A DNA stretch of 62,641 nucleotides, filler included. It is 7 parts of 7 records of this genome, joined end to end, with 100 filler letters (N's around TTAATTAATTAA, not from the genome) between each part and the next. Parts side by side here need not be neighbours in the genome. Positions count along the whole stretch, not along the records: positions 19,926 to 32,928 come from SRR31156797_4436; positions 33,029 to 42,790 come from SRR31156797_4438; 5 more parts are not named here. One strand, 5' to 3'. The notes below the pieces were generated by a model that did not search any database, was not told where the DNA came from, and saw nothing but the letters and a program-made list of their open reading frames with translations. This document shows, in pieces, positions 28,024-37,785 of the stretch (within the stretch, counting starts at the first letter, position 1; every line of letters begins with the position of its first letter). The translations under genes were made by a program, and so were the position numbers.

Positions 28024-30642
28024 TTACTTGTCAGTTAGTTTTTTCAAAGACAGTTCCAGCTGTTTAAGTTTTGCAATATTGCTGTCAAGATTATTCTTCT
28101 CTTTTTCAACTACTTTTACTGGTGCTTTGGATGTGAAATTCTCATTGCTCAGCATTCCCTTTGCTCTGCCTATTTCCTTATTAGTATATTCGATTGCTGA
28201 TTTGATTCTCTCAATTTCCTTTTGTATATCAATCAATTCATTCATTGGCAGATATACCACACCGCCGTCACAGACAATGCTTACCATATTACTGTCGCTT
28301 ATTGGAGCATCGGTGAATGTTAATGATGTACCGGCTGCTAGCCTGCATATATAGTCTTCACAACCTCTTAAATCAACCTTATCTGATGAATGTATAATGA
28401 TTGAAGTTTTTTTACCTACAGGGACATCCATTTCTGCTCTGATATTACGTATTTTTCTTATAATATCCTTTACGTATTCCATAGTGATAACTTCAGAGAA
28501 GTTATATTCTGAGTGAACTTTCGGCCATTCTTGTATCATTATTGAACTGTCACCATCAAATACATTTATAAATATCTCTTCTGTTACATATGGCATAAAC
28601 GGATGAAGCAATTTCAATGACTGGAGCAATACATAGCTTAGTACTGATATTTTGCTCTGCTTTTGCTCTTCTGTACCGTCATATAGTGATGATTTACTGA
28701 ATTCAATATACCAGTCACAGAACTCTGACCAGATGAAGTCATAAACCTTTTGCAGAGCAATACCTAAGTCGAATGTATCCAGATATTTTGTTGTATCATC
28801 TATAACACTATTTAGAAGTGATAGTATCCACTTATCCGCAATATCCAGCTTTTCTGATTGGATTTCACCAGGCTTAACATTCTCCATATTCATATTTACG
28901 AATCTGGAAGCGTTCCATATTTTATTAGCAAAGTTTCTCGCACTTTCAATCTTTGACTGATTGAACTTCATATCATTACCTGGTGAGTTGCCTGCTGTTA
29001 CAGCATAACGCAAAGCATCAACACCGTAATTATCTATTATTTCCAGAGGATCAATGCCGTTGCCTAATGATTTACTCATCTTTCGGCCTTGTGCATCACG
29101 TACTAGACCGTGAATCACAACGTGCTCAAATGGTCTTTCACCAATATGCTCATATCCTGAGAATACCATTCTAGCTATCCAGAAGAAGATAATATCATAT
29201 CCTGAAACCAATACATTGGTAGGGTAGAAGTAATCAAGCTCTTCTGTATTGTCTGGCCAGCCGAGTGTAGAAAATGGCCATAATGCTGATGAGAACCAAG
29301 TGTCCAGTACATCAGTTTCCTGTATGATATTTGTGCTGCCGCATTTTGTACATTTCTCTGGAGTTTCACGGAGTACCATTACCTCGTCGCAGTCTTTGCA
29401 GTACCAGACAGGGATTCTATGCCCCCACCATAGCTGACGAGATATGCACCAGTCTTTTATATTGTACATCCAGTTGAAATATGTCTTGTTGAATCTCTCA
29501 GGATGGAATTTGACTTCCTTATCTTCAACAGCTTTTATTGCAGGCTGTGCTAATGGTTCCATATCAACAAACCACTGCTTTGATATTAATGGTTCAACTG
29601 TAGTTGAACATCTATAGCATACACCTACTTTGTGGTCGTAGTTTTCGGTCTTAACTAAATATCCTTCAGCTTTTAGCTGTTCTACAACCTGCATTCTGGC
29701 ATCTAGTCCGGATAATCCTTCATACTGCCTGGCATTTTTATTAAGTGTACCATCCTCATTCATAATGTTGATTATTTCAATATCGTGACGCTGGCTCATA
29801 GCATAGTCATTTGGGTCATGAGCAGGGGTAATCTTTACTGCTCCTGTACCGAAATCCATCTCAACATAATCATCAGCGATGATAGGTATTTCTCTATTCA
29901 TTATAGGCAGTAGAATCTTTTTGCCCAGCATATCTTTGTAACGCTCATCATTTGGATTAACAGCAACAGCAGTATCACCAAGCATTGTTTCAGGACGGGT
30001 TGTGGCAACTACTAAGCTGCCAGAGCCATCAACCAATGGATACTCAATATGCCATAAATGAGATGCTTGTTCCTCATACTCAACCTCAGCATCACTTAAT
30101 GCAGTCTGGCAGTCAGGACACCAGTTAATAATTCTGTTTCCTTGATAGATTAGGTTCTTTTCGTATAGTCGAACAAATACTTCACGAACGGCCTTTGAGC
30201 AGCCCTCATCCATTGTAAAGCGCAGTCTGTCCCAGTCGCAGGATGCACCTAGTCTCTTCAACTGTTCAATAATTCTGCCGCCGTATTGCTCATACCATTC
30301 CCATGCTTTTTCTAGGAATTCTTCTCTGGTAATATCATCTTTTGTAATGCCTTCCTCAGCTAGTTTAGCCAGGATTTTTACCTCAGTTGCAATAGATGCA
30401 TGATCCGTACCGGGAACCCAAAGAGTGCAAAAGCCTTGCATCCTCTTATATCGTACAATTATATCCTGCATTGTTTCATCCAGCGCATGACCCATATGCA
30501 GCTGTCCAGTGATATTTGGCGGAGGTATCACTATACAGAATGGTTCTTTATCTTTATCAGGAATATCGTGGAAGTATCCTTTTTCCATCCAATTCTCATA
30601 AATTCTTTGCTCACATTGCTTGCTGTCAAAGTTCTTTTGCAT
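28024..30642 (-). CDS. valS: Valine--tRNA ligase
   Basis: PPPNITGQLHMGH, DWCISRQLWWGH, KMSKS and a C-terminal coiled coil; Val T-box upstream. Confidence 0.98.
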   Translation of the reverse strand: MQKNFDSKQCEQRIYENWMEKGYFHDIPDKDKEPFCIVIPPPNITGQLHMGHALDETMQDIIVRYKRMQGFCTLWVPGTDHASIATEVKILAKLAEEGITKDDITREEFLEKAWEWYEQYGGRIIEQLKRLGASCDWDRLRFTMDEGCSKAVREVFVRLYEKNLIYQGNRIINWCPDCQTALSDAEVEYEEQASHLWHIEYPLVDGSGSLVVATTRPETMLGDTAVAVNPNDERYKDMLGKKILLPIMNREIPIIADDYVEMDFGTGAVKITPAHDPNDYAMSQRHDIEIINIMNEDGTLNKNARQYEGLSGLDARMQVVEQLKAEGYLVKTENYDHKVGVCYRCSTTVEPLISKQWFVDMEPLAQPAIKAVEDKEVKFHPERFNKTYFNWMYNIKDWCISRQLWWGHRIPVWYCKDCDEVMVLRETPEKCTKCGSTNIIQETDVLDTWFSSALWPFSTLGWPDNTEELDYFYPTNVLVSGYDIIFFWIARMVFSGYEHIGERPFEHVVIHGLVRDAQGRKMSKSLGNGIDPLEIIDNYGVDALRYAVTAGNSPGNDMKFNQSKIESARNFANKIWNASRFVNMNMENVKPGEIQSEKLDIADKWILSLLNSVIDDTTKYLDTFDLGIALQKVYDFIWSEFCDWYIEFSKSSLYDGTEEQKQSKISVLSYVLLQSLKLLHPFMPYVTEEIFINVFDGDSSIMIQEWPKVHSEYNFSEVITMEYVKDIIRKIRNIRAEMDVPVGKKTSIIIHSSDKVDLRGCEDYICRLAAGTSLTFTDAPISDSNMVSIVCDGGVVYLPMNELIDIQKEIERIKSAIEYTNKEIGRAKGMLSNENFTSKAPVKVVEKEKNNLDSNIAKLKQLELSLKKLTDK

Positions 30643-30667
30643 AATTATCTCCTACTATTTTTTATAT

Positions 30668-30862
30668 TTATAATAATTTTTCAGCCATTATCAAGATTAC
30701 TGCTAGTGTTAGAAAGCCTAGACCGAGAAATTTCAGTTTAATTTTTAGTTTTGTTGACTTATGTTCATCTTCAGTAAGTTTTTTGGAGACAAATTCTGCA
30801 CCGTATGCAATTACTGCACCTACTATTGCTAGAATAAAGACTATAATATCATAGCTTTTCAT
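30668..30862 (-). CDS. Small two-TM membrane protein (64 aa), first gene after the T-box
   Basis: AAAGGAG SD, ATG start, two hydrophobic helices separated by a Lys-rich loop; 25 nt upstream of valS. Confidence 0.75.
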   Translation of the reverse strand: MKSYDIIVFILAIVGAVIAYGAEFVSKKLTEDEHKSTKLKIKLKFLGLGFLTLAVILIMAEKLL

Positions 30863-30894
30863 ACAAACTCCTTTAGTTTAGTATTAAAAATAAA

Positions 30895-31135
30895 ATCAAA
30901 AAAACCACTTCATCACAAGGACGAAGCGGTTCGCGGTACCACCTTGATTTCTGACAACAAAACAAATTGTCAAACACTTAATTATTCGCTAACGAGAATT
31001 ACACGTCCTAAGCTACTTATTTTCACTTAAGAGGCTCAAAAGCGACTTTCAGCTTGGGCAATCGTAATTATCTCCCACCAACGATAATCTCTCTAACACG
31101 TGCCTTTGGCTTACTCCTCTTTATCACAGCCAATA
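30895..31135 (-). ncRNA. T-box riboswitch (valine specifier GUC)
   Basis: Minus strand has AGTA, AGAGA and GGTGGGA stem-I motifs, GAAA-GTC-G specifier (31046-31044) and T-box AAGGTGGTACCGCG (30945-30932). Terminator AACCGCTTCGTC...GATGAAGTGGTT is followed by a T-run. Confidence 0.92.
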
Positions 31136-31147
31136 TTAATTTCCTTT

Positions 31148-31175
31148 ATTATAGTGCATAAATAATAATTGTCAA
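31148..31175 (-). promoter_or_regulatory. SigA promoter of the T-box/valS operon
   Basis: Minus strand TTGACA-16 nt-TATAAT, immediately 5' of the leader. Confidence 0.75.
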
Positions 31176-31284
31176 TACTTTCTTTATCAATATTACATCA
31201 TTTTGATATGAACTTAATTCATATAATAGTATTACCTTTTATATGTTATAATATCATGTGGAGAGTAAGCGGAAAGGAATATGA

Positions 31285-31953
31285 ATGATAAAAGCAGTTA
31301 TTTTTGACATGGACGGTCTGATGCTTGATACAGAGAGATTAATATTGGAACATTGGATAAAGGTAGGTCCTCATTTTGGTTATGACATAGATGAAGAAAT
31401 CATGTTAAAAGTTGTTGGAATTAGAATGACGGAAAGCGGCGAAATAATCAGAGCGCATTATGGAGATGATTTTCCTTTGGAAAATATCAGGAAGAAAGTA
31501 CACGAAGATATAAGCAGCTACATACAGGATAATGGTGCACCAAAGAAAAAAGGATTAATAGAGATTTTAGAATACTGTAAAAATAACAATCTTAAGATAG
31601 CAGTTGCAACATCATCACATAGAGATTCTGCTGAGTATTTGTTAATTAAAGCAGGTGTTATTGATTATTTTGATACTATTGTATGCGGGGATGATATAAG
31701 AAATGGTAAACCAGATCCTGAAATCTATTTGAAAGCTAGCGATAAACTAGAAGTTAAACCCATAAATTGTGTTGTACTGGAGGATTCTAAATATGGTATT
31801 CTTGGAGCAAACAACGCAGGTATGATGTCAATATTTATCCCTGATTTGGTGAAAGAGTGTGATGAGATCAGCAACAAAGCTACAGCCAAATGTGAATCGT
31901 TAAATGATGCAATATCTGTAATAGATAATTGGATTAAAATATATAATAATTAA
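31285..31953 (+). CDS. HAD-family phosphatase (beta-PGM/CbbY-like)
   Basis: FDMDGLMLDTE, ATSS, GKPDPEIY and LEDS motifs. Confidence 0.92.
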   Translation: MIKAVIFDMDGLMLDTERLILEHWIKVGPHFGYDIDEEIMLKVVGIRMTESGEIIRAHYGDDFPLENIRKKVHEDISSYIQDNGAPKKKGLIEILEYCKNNNLKIAVATSSHRDSAEYLLIKAGVIDYFDTIVCGDDIRNGKPDPEIYLKASDKLEVKPINCVVLEDSKYGILGANNAGMMSIFIPDLVKECDEISNKATAKCESLNDAISVIDNWIKIYNN

Positions 31954-31964
31954 TAAATAATAAT

Positions 31965-32514
31965 AAAATTTGTAACAGAATTTGTGTAAAAGATAAAATC
32001 TTCCTCAGAAGTAATTAATAAATAATATTAATAAACAGAGGATTTTTTTAATGGACCAAAAATGACAAATGAAATAGTGAAACAGTAATGGAGAACGTGG
32101 GCGTAAATGACGCAGTTGGATTGCAGAGAGTATTAAAAGATATGTTAAGCAAGGAGTCGAGAATATACTAATATCTGAACTAAATGAGGAATTAGGCTGC
32201 GACAAATATGACAGAGATAATAAAATAGATAACTACAGAAATGGATATTCTAAAAACCATAGGAAGCGATTTAGGTGAACTAGATTAAAACATACCATGA
32301 GACAGGAATAGTAAATATGAAAGGTAAAGCTGTATTCCCTACGGATAGAGCTCTTATGAAATCACTCTATCTAGCTACTATGGATGCTACTAAGAAATGG
32401 ACTATGAGGATTAGGCTTTGGGATTAAATAAAAAGCGAACTATCCATTTTGCTTGAATAGTCCACTTTGAGTTTTACTTCTGTTGTTGTGTTTTTACAAA
32501 ATTTTTTAAAGCCC
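31965..32514 (+). mobile_element. Degenerate, internally deleted IS256-family element
   Basis: Frameshifted transposase N-terminal fragments (ELNEELG.DKYDR...NYRNGYS, LGEL...IP.DRN) are joined directly to the C-terminal fragment KAVFPTDRALMKSLYLATMDATKKWT. Imperfect terminal inverted sequences: TTTGTGTAAAA/TTTTACAAAA and CAGAAGTAA/TTACTTCTG. Confidence 0.8.
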
Positions 32515-32561
32515 TTTTTATTAAGGAATGCTAGTAATGACTATACATAATTTCAATTTCT

Positions 32562-32927
32562 TTATTTGCTGATACTCTTCCTTATTTTCTTAGCAGCTAT
32601 AACCATATTCTGTAAACTATCAATCGTCTCACTTGTACCTCTGGTTTTTAAGCCGCAATCAGGGTTAACCCAGAGATTATCTGCAGGAATTGCTTTTAGC
32701 ATTGTATATATTATTTCTTCGATTTCTTCGACAGATGGTACTCGTGGAGAGTGAATATCGTATACACCGGGACCGACTTGTGTTTCAAAATTATTTTCTT
32801 TTAAAGATTCTAATATAGTATGATTTGACCTTGATGCTTCAAATGATATTACATCAGCATCCATATCATCTATTTCTTTTATTATTTCATCAAACTCACT
32901 GTAGCACATATGGGTGTGAATCTGTGT
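32562..32927 (-). CDS. metE: Cobalamin-independent methionine synthase, 5'-truncated
   Basis: [23 protein letters not shown] and [11 protein letters not shown] motifs. Confidence 0.96.
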   Translation of the reverse strand, partial: TQIHTHMCYSEFDEIIKEIDDMDADVISFEASRSNHTILESLKENNFETQVGPGVYDIHSPRVPSVEEIEEIIYTMLKAIPADNLWVNPDCGLKTRGTSETIDSLQNMVIAAKKIRKSISK

Positions 32928-32928
32928 T

Positions 32929-33028
32929 NNNNNNNNNNNNNNNNNNNNNNNNNNNNNNNNNNNNNNNNNNNNTTAATTAATTAANNNNNNNNNNNNNNNN
33001 NNNNNNNNNNNNNNNNNNNNNNNNNNNN
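32929..33028. other. Artificial contig-joining spacer
   Basis: N44-TTAATTAATTAA-N44. Confidence 0.99.
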
Positions 33029-33062
33029 GGCCTTTCCCGAATTCGGGAAAGGCCGCTTCTTT
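33029..33062. terminator. GC-rich hairpin, probable terminator
   Basis: GGCCTTTCCCG-AATT-CGGGAAAGGCC, 3' of the iscU-like gene. Confidence 0.6.
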
Positions 33063-33104
33063 GTTCAACCGGCTCAAAAATATTTTCTTTAAACCAAACG
33101 AACC

Positions 33105-33554
33105 TTATTTTTCACGCTTCACAGTCTGTTTATAATAATCACCAACGGCCTCCTGCAAGGCGTTGGCTGCCAGCCATGCACAGTGCTGATCGTCAGCAGG
33201 CAAACATTCTGTCCCTCCCAAGCCCTCAAGGACAGTCTCTCCGGTGACAGCAACAATATCGTCACACGGCTTGCCCACAGCGAGTTCTGCGGCCATGGAC
33301 CCACTAATCATACTGGAACCACAGCCATCGGTAGCAAAGCCAGCGTCACACACTTTGTCATCTTCAATATACAGAAATATTCGAATGGTATCGCCACATC
33401 CCCCGGTGGATGCGCCCTCATAGTTGGCCTTGGCGGGTTTGCCCCGGTGCGGTGGGTTGCGCCAACGCTCAAATCCCGCCTGCCCATAGGCCTCAATGGT
33501 TTCTTCATTAACCTTACCCTGAAGTTCATTCACAATGTCATCAAAACTGGGCAT
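33105..33554 (-). CDS. NifU/IscU-like Fe-S cluster scaffold protein
   Basis: GCGDT, GCGSS and HCA conserved cysteines. Likely start is ATG 33554 (MPSFDD), not the tracked TTG at 33659. Confidence 0.85.
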   Translation of the reverse strand: MPSFDDIVNELQGKVNEETIEAYGQAGFERWRNPPHRGKPAKANYEGASTGGCGDTIRIFLYIEDDKVCDAGFATDGCGSSMISGSMAAELAVGKPCDDIVAVTGETVLEGLGGTECLPADDQHCAWLAANALQEAVGDYYKQTVKREK

Positions 33555-33719
33555 TCTCTTGTCCGTTTGTTGAATGGTTATACTCTGCCCCAATGTGAGG
33601 TCTTTGGCCGGTCTGTTACCAACCCGCGCCTTGCTCAGCAATAATACAGGTTCATCCAATTTAAAAGTATCCTTAGCTTATATAAAATCGTTTTTTTACA
33701 CTGTTCATCCTGTCGAGAT

Positions 33720-34991
33720 TTAACTGACTTGCAAAATCTCATCCCATACTGTCGTATATCGAGGTGAACGCATCTCCCGTTTCATCTTCCACCCCTGTCG
33801 GATACCTGACGCCGCAAATGACACCGTGTCGCGCCCCCATTTCGTATTACAGTTGTCCACGGCTTGCATAAGCGGCTTATCACTCGGACGATGTGCAGGA
33901 GGCAGCGCTAACAAGTTGAGCCAACGTCCATGTTCCGGCTCCAGACCAGAAAGCATGACCCCGCATTTCTTGTAGGCATATCCATCTTTAAAAAGACGCT
34001 CCATGCCCGTCAGAGCAGTACGAATCAACGTCGGCGTATGCGATGTACTTACAGCCAAGGGGATCGACACAGTGTTGGAGTACTGCGGTTCCCCAAGCTT
34101 GAACCGATTGGTCTCCAAGGAAACATGGACGTTTGAGGCCACGGACCGTTGCTTACGCAGCTTTTCTGCGGCGCGTGTCATGTACTTCGATGTAGCCTCC
34201 AGCATGTCCTCAAATGAAGTTACTGGATGACCGAAGGAGCGGGACGAAACTATGGTTTTTTTGTCCACGGGCCCCATGGCAAAATCAAGGCACGGCCAAC
34301 CTCGCAACTCCAGCAAGGTATGCAGTCCGGTCACGGTCATCTTCTTCTTGACCCAGTCACGTCTCAATCCCCGAAATTCCAACGCATTAGTTACGCCCAT
34401 TTTTCGCAACCGTTTCGCATGGCGTGAACCTATGCCCCACACATCCCCAATCTCAGTCCATTGCAAAACGAGATCAGGGGCCGGACTCGCTCCGAAATCG
34501 AACACCCCACGGCACCGTTCCTGTTTCTTGGCAAAACGATTGGCAAGCTTTGCCAACGTCTTGGTTGGCCCCACACCCACGGAGACAGGAATCCCTGTCC
34601 ATGCATGCACTGTGGCTCGCAGTTTGCGTCCAAATGCCTCGGCTCCCCCTTGTATGCCTGTCAGGTCGCAAAAAGCCTCATCAATGGAATATATCTCCAC
34701 CCCCGGACAAAACCGAGTCAAAACCTTCATGACACGTGCCGACATATCGCCATACAGGGCATAGTTGGATGAAAAGACAGCCACGCCACGGCGCTCCAGC
34801 ATGGACCGGCATTTATAATATGGTGCTCCCATGGGCACACCCATATTTTTTGCTTCGTTCGATCGTGCAATCACGCACCCGTCATTATTAGACAAGACCA
34901 CCACAGGGCGACCAACCAAATCAGGTCGGAACGCCCGCTCACAGGAAGCATAGAAATTGTTGCAGTCGATCAGTGCATAGCTTTTCGGCAT
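33720..34991 (-). CDS. umuC: Y-family DNA polymerase V catalytic subunit UmuC
   Basis: LIDCNNFYASCE, SNNDGC and YSIDEAF motifs; C-terminal W.MKR...SPRYTT.W. Confidence 0.95.
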   Translation of the reverse strand: MPKSYALIDCNNFYASCERAFRPDLVGRPVVVLSNNDGCVIARSNEAKNMGVPMGAPYYKCRSMLERRGVAVFSSNYALYGDMSARVMKVLTRFCPGVEIYSIDEAFCDLTGIQGGAEAFGRKLRATVHAWTGIPVSVGVGPTKTLAKLANRFAKKQERCRGVFDFGASPAPDLVLQWTEIGDVWGIGSRHAKRLRKMGVTNALEFRGLRRDWVKKKMTVTGLHTLLELRGWPCLDFAMGPVDKKTIVSSRSFGHPVTSFEDMLEATSKYMTRAAEKLRKQRSVASNVHVSLETNRFKLGEPQYSNTVSIPLAVSTSHTPTLIRTALTGMERLFKDGYAYKKCGVMLSGLEPEHGRWLNLLALPPAHRPSDKPLMQAVDNCNTKWGRDTVSFAASGIRQGWKMKREMRSPRYTTVWDEILQVS

Positions 34992-35010
34992 GGTGGATCT
35001 CGTTGTGGAG

Positions 35011-35113
35011 ATGTCCCCGACGGGCCTACCGGCGGTCCCTCCGGGGGCACAAGAACCTTTTGAAAAAGGCTCTTAAGCATCTCCCAAACTTTTTATTGCG
35101 CCTTCGGCGGGGT
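35011..35113. repeat. Structured intergenic repeat/MITE-like element between umuD and umuC
   Basis: Several hairpins: TGTCCCC...GGGGGCACA, AAGAACCTTTT/AAAAGGCTCTT and CGCC-TTCG-GCG. The last motif recurs at the contig end (42777-42790). Confidence 0.5.
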
Positions 35114-35150
35114 CTTTATGGTGTATTTTAAGAAGAAAGAGAATCCATTT

Positions 35151-35630
35151 TTAGAGCTTGTGAATCACATGTTGAACAACGCCCCAGACTTGAAAATCGG
35201 TGTCTTCGGTGAGTGGGACCGGCGGGTACTCTGGATTTTCCGGGGCAAGCTCTAGGCCAATCGCTGTCTTGCGGAGTCGCTTGACCGTGAATTCACCATC
35301 CACGCAGGCGATGATGACATCACCAGAGCGCGGTGTTCGGGATCTATCTACCACCAACAGATCGTCATGATGAATAGCTGCACCGATCATTGAATCGCCA
35401 CAGACACGGACAAAAAAAGTTGCCTCCGGCCTCGGCACAAGATGCTCGTTCAAATCAAGCGTCTTCTCAAAATACTCCTCCGCTGGCGATGGAAACCCCG
35501 CAGGCACGGCCTCGCCAGCCAAGACGATAGGCACGTGGCTCTCACAATCAGCCCGAACAACACTTTCAACCCAATCGACTGGAATTAGCAGCCCGGTCTC
35601 GTCATATATCCACATTACTCTATGCACCAT
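35151..35630 (-). CDS. umuD: UmuD (S24 autopeptidase, Pol V accessory subunit)
   Basis: VPAGFPSPA cleavage site, GDSM Ser and TVKRL Lys; no HTH; upstream of umuC. Start could be 35615. Confidence 0.92.
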   Translation of the reverse strand: MVHRVMWIYDETGLLIPVDWVESVVRADCESHVPIVLAGEAVPAGFPSPAEEYFEKTLDLNEHLVPRPEATFFVRVCGDSMIGAAIHHDDLLVVDRSRTPRSGDVIIACVDGEFTVKRLRKTAIGLELAPENPEYPPVPLTEDTDFQVWGVVQHVIHKL

Positions 35631-35716
35631 TTGTTAAACTTAATAAAACATTCTTTCTTTTTTCACCTCATTTTGTCAACCAAAATAATACACATTCACT
35701 GTTTTTCCCGCTCTGC

Positions 35717-35759
35717 AAAAAAAAGACGGCGCACCATGAATTGTCATGATGCGCCGTCT
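35717..35759 (-). terminator. Rho-independent terminator of the htpX-degQ-methyltransferase operon
   Basis: AGACGGCGCA.CATGA-N4-TCATG.TGCGCCGTCT stem followed by a T-run on the minus strand. Confidence 0.7.
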
Positions 35760-35799
35760 GTTCAGCTTCACTCTTTGCAACGATCTAAAAGATCAAAAC

Positions 35800-36438
35800 C
35801 TACTCAGGCATTCGTGTCATATAATAAAATCCGGCTGAATGGTGCCCGTTCATTGTCTCGAAGACGACCTCCTCAAAAATCAGGGTATCGAAATCAAAGA
35901 ACAAGGCTTCCATATGATTGCGATCATGATGCCTAACGATACCACCGTCAGGCAGATCGAAAATACCGTAAATACCATGCTTTTCGTGACCAAGTTTATA
36001 CCGATCAAGATTGCGTTTATCCCGGTTGAGCAAAAAATCGTTAACGTACAGCAGTCCGCCCGGAACAAGAACCCGCTTCAACTCAAGCAGCGTCTCGGCC
36101 TGCATTTTTGTTTCGGGCATACAAGTGAATACACCGAGCATGATTGCCGCATCAAAACTCCCGTCCTCAAAAGGCAAGGGGCCGCCGGGATAGGCTCGCA
36201 GGTCAAGGGTGGGATATTCACGCCGCCCCCGATCAACGAGAGGTTGTGAAAAATCAATGCCGGTCACATGGGCATACCCGGTCTCGGTCAACTCTGCGAC
36301 AGTTCGGCCATAGCCACACCCAAAATCAAGGACGCGTGCGTCCAGCGGGACGTGACTCTTGAATTCATCGAGAATAAGCGGCGTGGTAAAGGTCTTGTCC
36401 GCACCCTTGCCGGTCCAGTATTCTTGTTGGGATTCGAT
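35800..36438 (-). CDS. Class I SAM-dependent methyltransferase, apparent ATC start (212 aa)
   Basis: Motif I VLDFGCGYG lies in frame upstream of the tracked TTG at 36291. The frame reads AGGAGG-TCCGTC-ATC GAA TCC CAA CAA GAA TAC TGG. Further motifs: GIDFS, LPFEDGSFD and RVLVPGG. Confidence 0.85.
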   Translation of the reverse strand: MESQQEYWTGKGADKTFTTPLILDEFKSHVPLDARVLDFGCGYGRTVAELTETGYAHVTGIDFSQPLVDRGRREYPTLDLRAYPGGPLPFEDGSFDAAIMLGVFTCMPETKMQAETLLELKRVLVPGGLLYVNDFLLNRDKRNLDRYKLGHEKHGIYGIFDLPDGGIVRHHDRNHMEALFFDFDTLIFEEVVFETMNGHHSAGFYYMTRMPE

Positions 36439-36448
36439 GACGGACCTC

Positions 36449-37780
36449 CTACAGAGTCATACGAACATTATATAAATTACGACCTCGCTGCACGCGCATG
36501 AGAATTGTTTTCTGCATACGATTGCGCAGGAAGGCATTGAGCAAGTCAATGCCTGACTTAAGCCGCCTGTTACCTATCTGATGGATAGTGTCACCGGTTT
36601 TCAGACCAAGTTTGGCAGCTGCAGAACCGGGGACCACCATAGTTACTTCCGCACCGGCCCCTTTCGCGCGATCACCCAGCTCAAATCCCCAACGGGTACG
36701 AACGAGATCCAGCGCCATACGCTTATCCAGCACTTGAGGCTTAAGGGTGTGACGAAATTTCTTCCCGTCACGAAGGACAACCAAAGAAAGGGCTTCCGAT
36801 TTAGTCGTACTGTAAATCCGGGTCAGATACTCATCCTTATTGGTAATATTCTGCCCGTTGACGGTCAAAATAATATCCGCCGCCTTGATACCGGCCTTAG
36901 CTGCTGGCGTATTGGGGTAAACCTCGGAAACCAGCATCCCTTTCAAATTCTTCAAATTAAAGTAACGGGCTGCAGCCTGATCAATATCCTGTCCGAACAT
37001 CCCAAGCCAGATGGGAGAAACATGGCCGGAATCCAACAATTCATCGATCACGAATTTGGCCTTGTTGATCGGAATGGCAAAACCGATACCCTCGGCGCGG
37101 GCATGGATGGCAGTATTAATGCCGATGAGTTCTCCGTGAATATTCAAAAGCGGCCCACCGGAGTTGCCGGGATTAATGGCCGCGTCGGTCTGAATAAAAC
37201 TGCCGAACGCTCCCTTGTTGGTACGCATGGGACGATTCAAGGCCGAGACCACACCAGTCGTCACGGTATGGGAATAGCCAAAAGGATTACCGATGGCGAT
37301 AACAGTCTCGCCGATAAAAATATCCCCGGAATCTCCCATCTCGACCTGCGGCAGATTGAACGCTTTATCCAACTTAAGTACAGCCAAATCAAAATCAGTA
37401 TCCGAGCCGACCAGTTCCGCCGTGAACTCTCGCCCATCATTGAGACGAACCGTAATTTTGCCGCCCGATGCAACCACATGTGCATTGGTCAGCACCAAGG
37501 CTTTGGTGCCATCAATAATAACACCAGAACCGAGGCTCTGAGAATCCCGCTTGCGTTGATTGCCATAAAATTCCTTGAAAAATTGATCAAAGAAAGGATC
37601 ACCGAAAGGCGATATCGCACCGCCCTTGTTCTTCTTTATCACAGTAATATTGACAACGGACGGACTGACCGCTTCTACGGCCTTGACCACTGGAGTACGG
37701 CGATCATTTTCAGCTCGGGCCGGACTGGTTGCAATGGCGAAGCACAGAATGAGAGAGAGAACGACGAGCGACTTTTTCAT
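36449..37780 (-). CDS. degQ: HtrA/DegP/DegQ periplasmic serine protease with two PDZ domains
   Basis: Signal peptide; TNAHVV, DLAVLK and NPGNSGG catalytic triad motifs; two PDZ repeats. Confidence 0.93.
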   Translation of the reverse strand: MKKSLVVLSLILCFAIATSPARAENDRRTPVVKAVEAVSPSVVNITVIKKNKGGAISPFGDPFFDQFFKEFYGNQRKRDSQSLGSGVIIDGTKALVLTNAHVVASGGKITVRLNDGREFTAELVGSDTDFDLAVLKLDKAFNLPQVEMGDSGDIFIGETVIAIGNPFGYSHTVTTGVVSALNRPMRTNKGAFGSFIQTDAAINPGNSGGPLLNIHGELIGINTAIHARAEGIGFAIPINKAKFVIDELLDSGHVSPIWLGMFGQDIDQAAARYFNLKNLKGMLVSEVYPNTPAAKAGIKAADIILTVNGQNITNKDEYLTRIYSTTKSEALSLVVLRDGKKFRHTLKPQVLDKRMALDLVRTRWGFELGDRAKGAGAEVTMVVPGSAAAKLGLKTGDTIHQIGNRRLKSGIDLLNAFLRNRMQKTILMRVQRGRNLYNVRMTL

Positions 37781-37785
37781 ACTAC

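Noticed and set aside
32005-32205. 66-aa minus-strand ORF
   Set aside because: Antisense to the IS256 remnant.
35631-35716. LexA/SOS box upstream of umuD
   Set aside because: No convincing palindrome or known SOS consensus found by eye.
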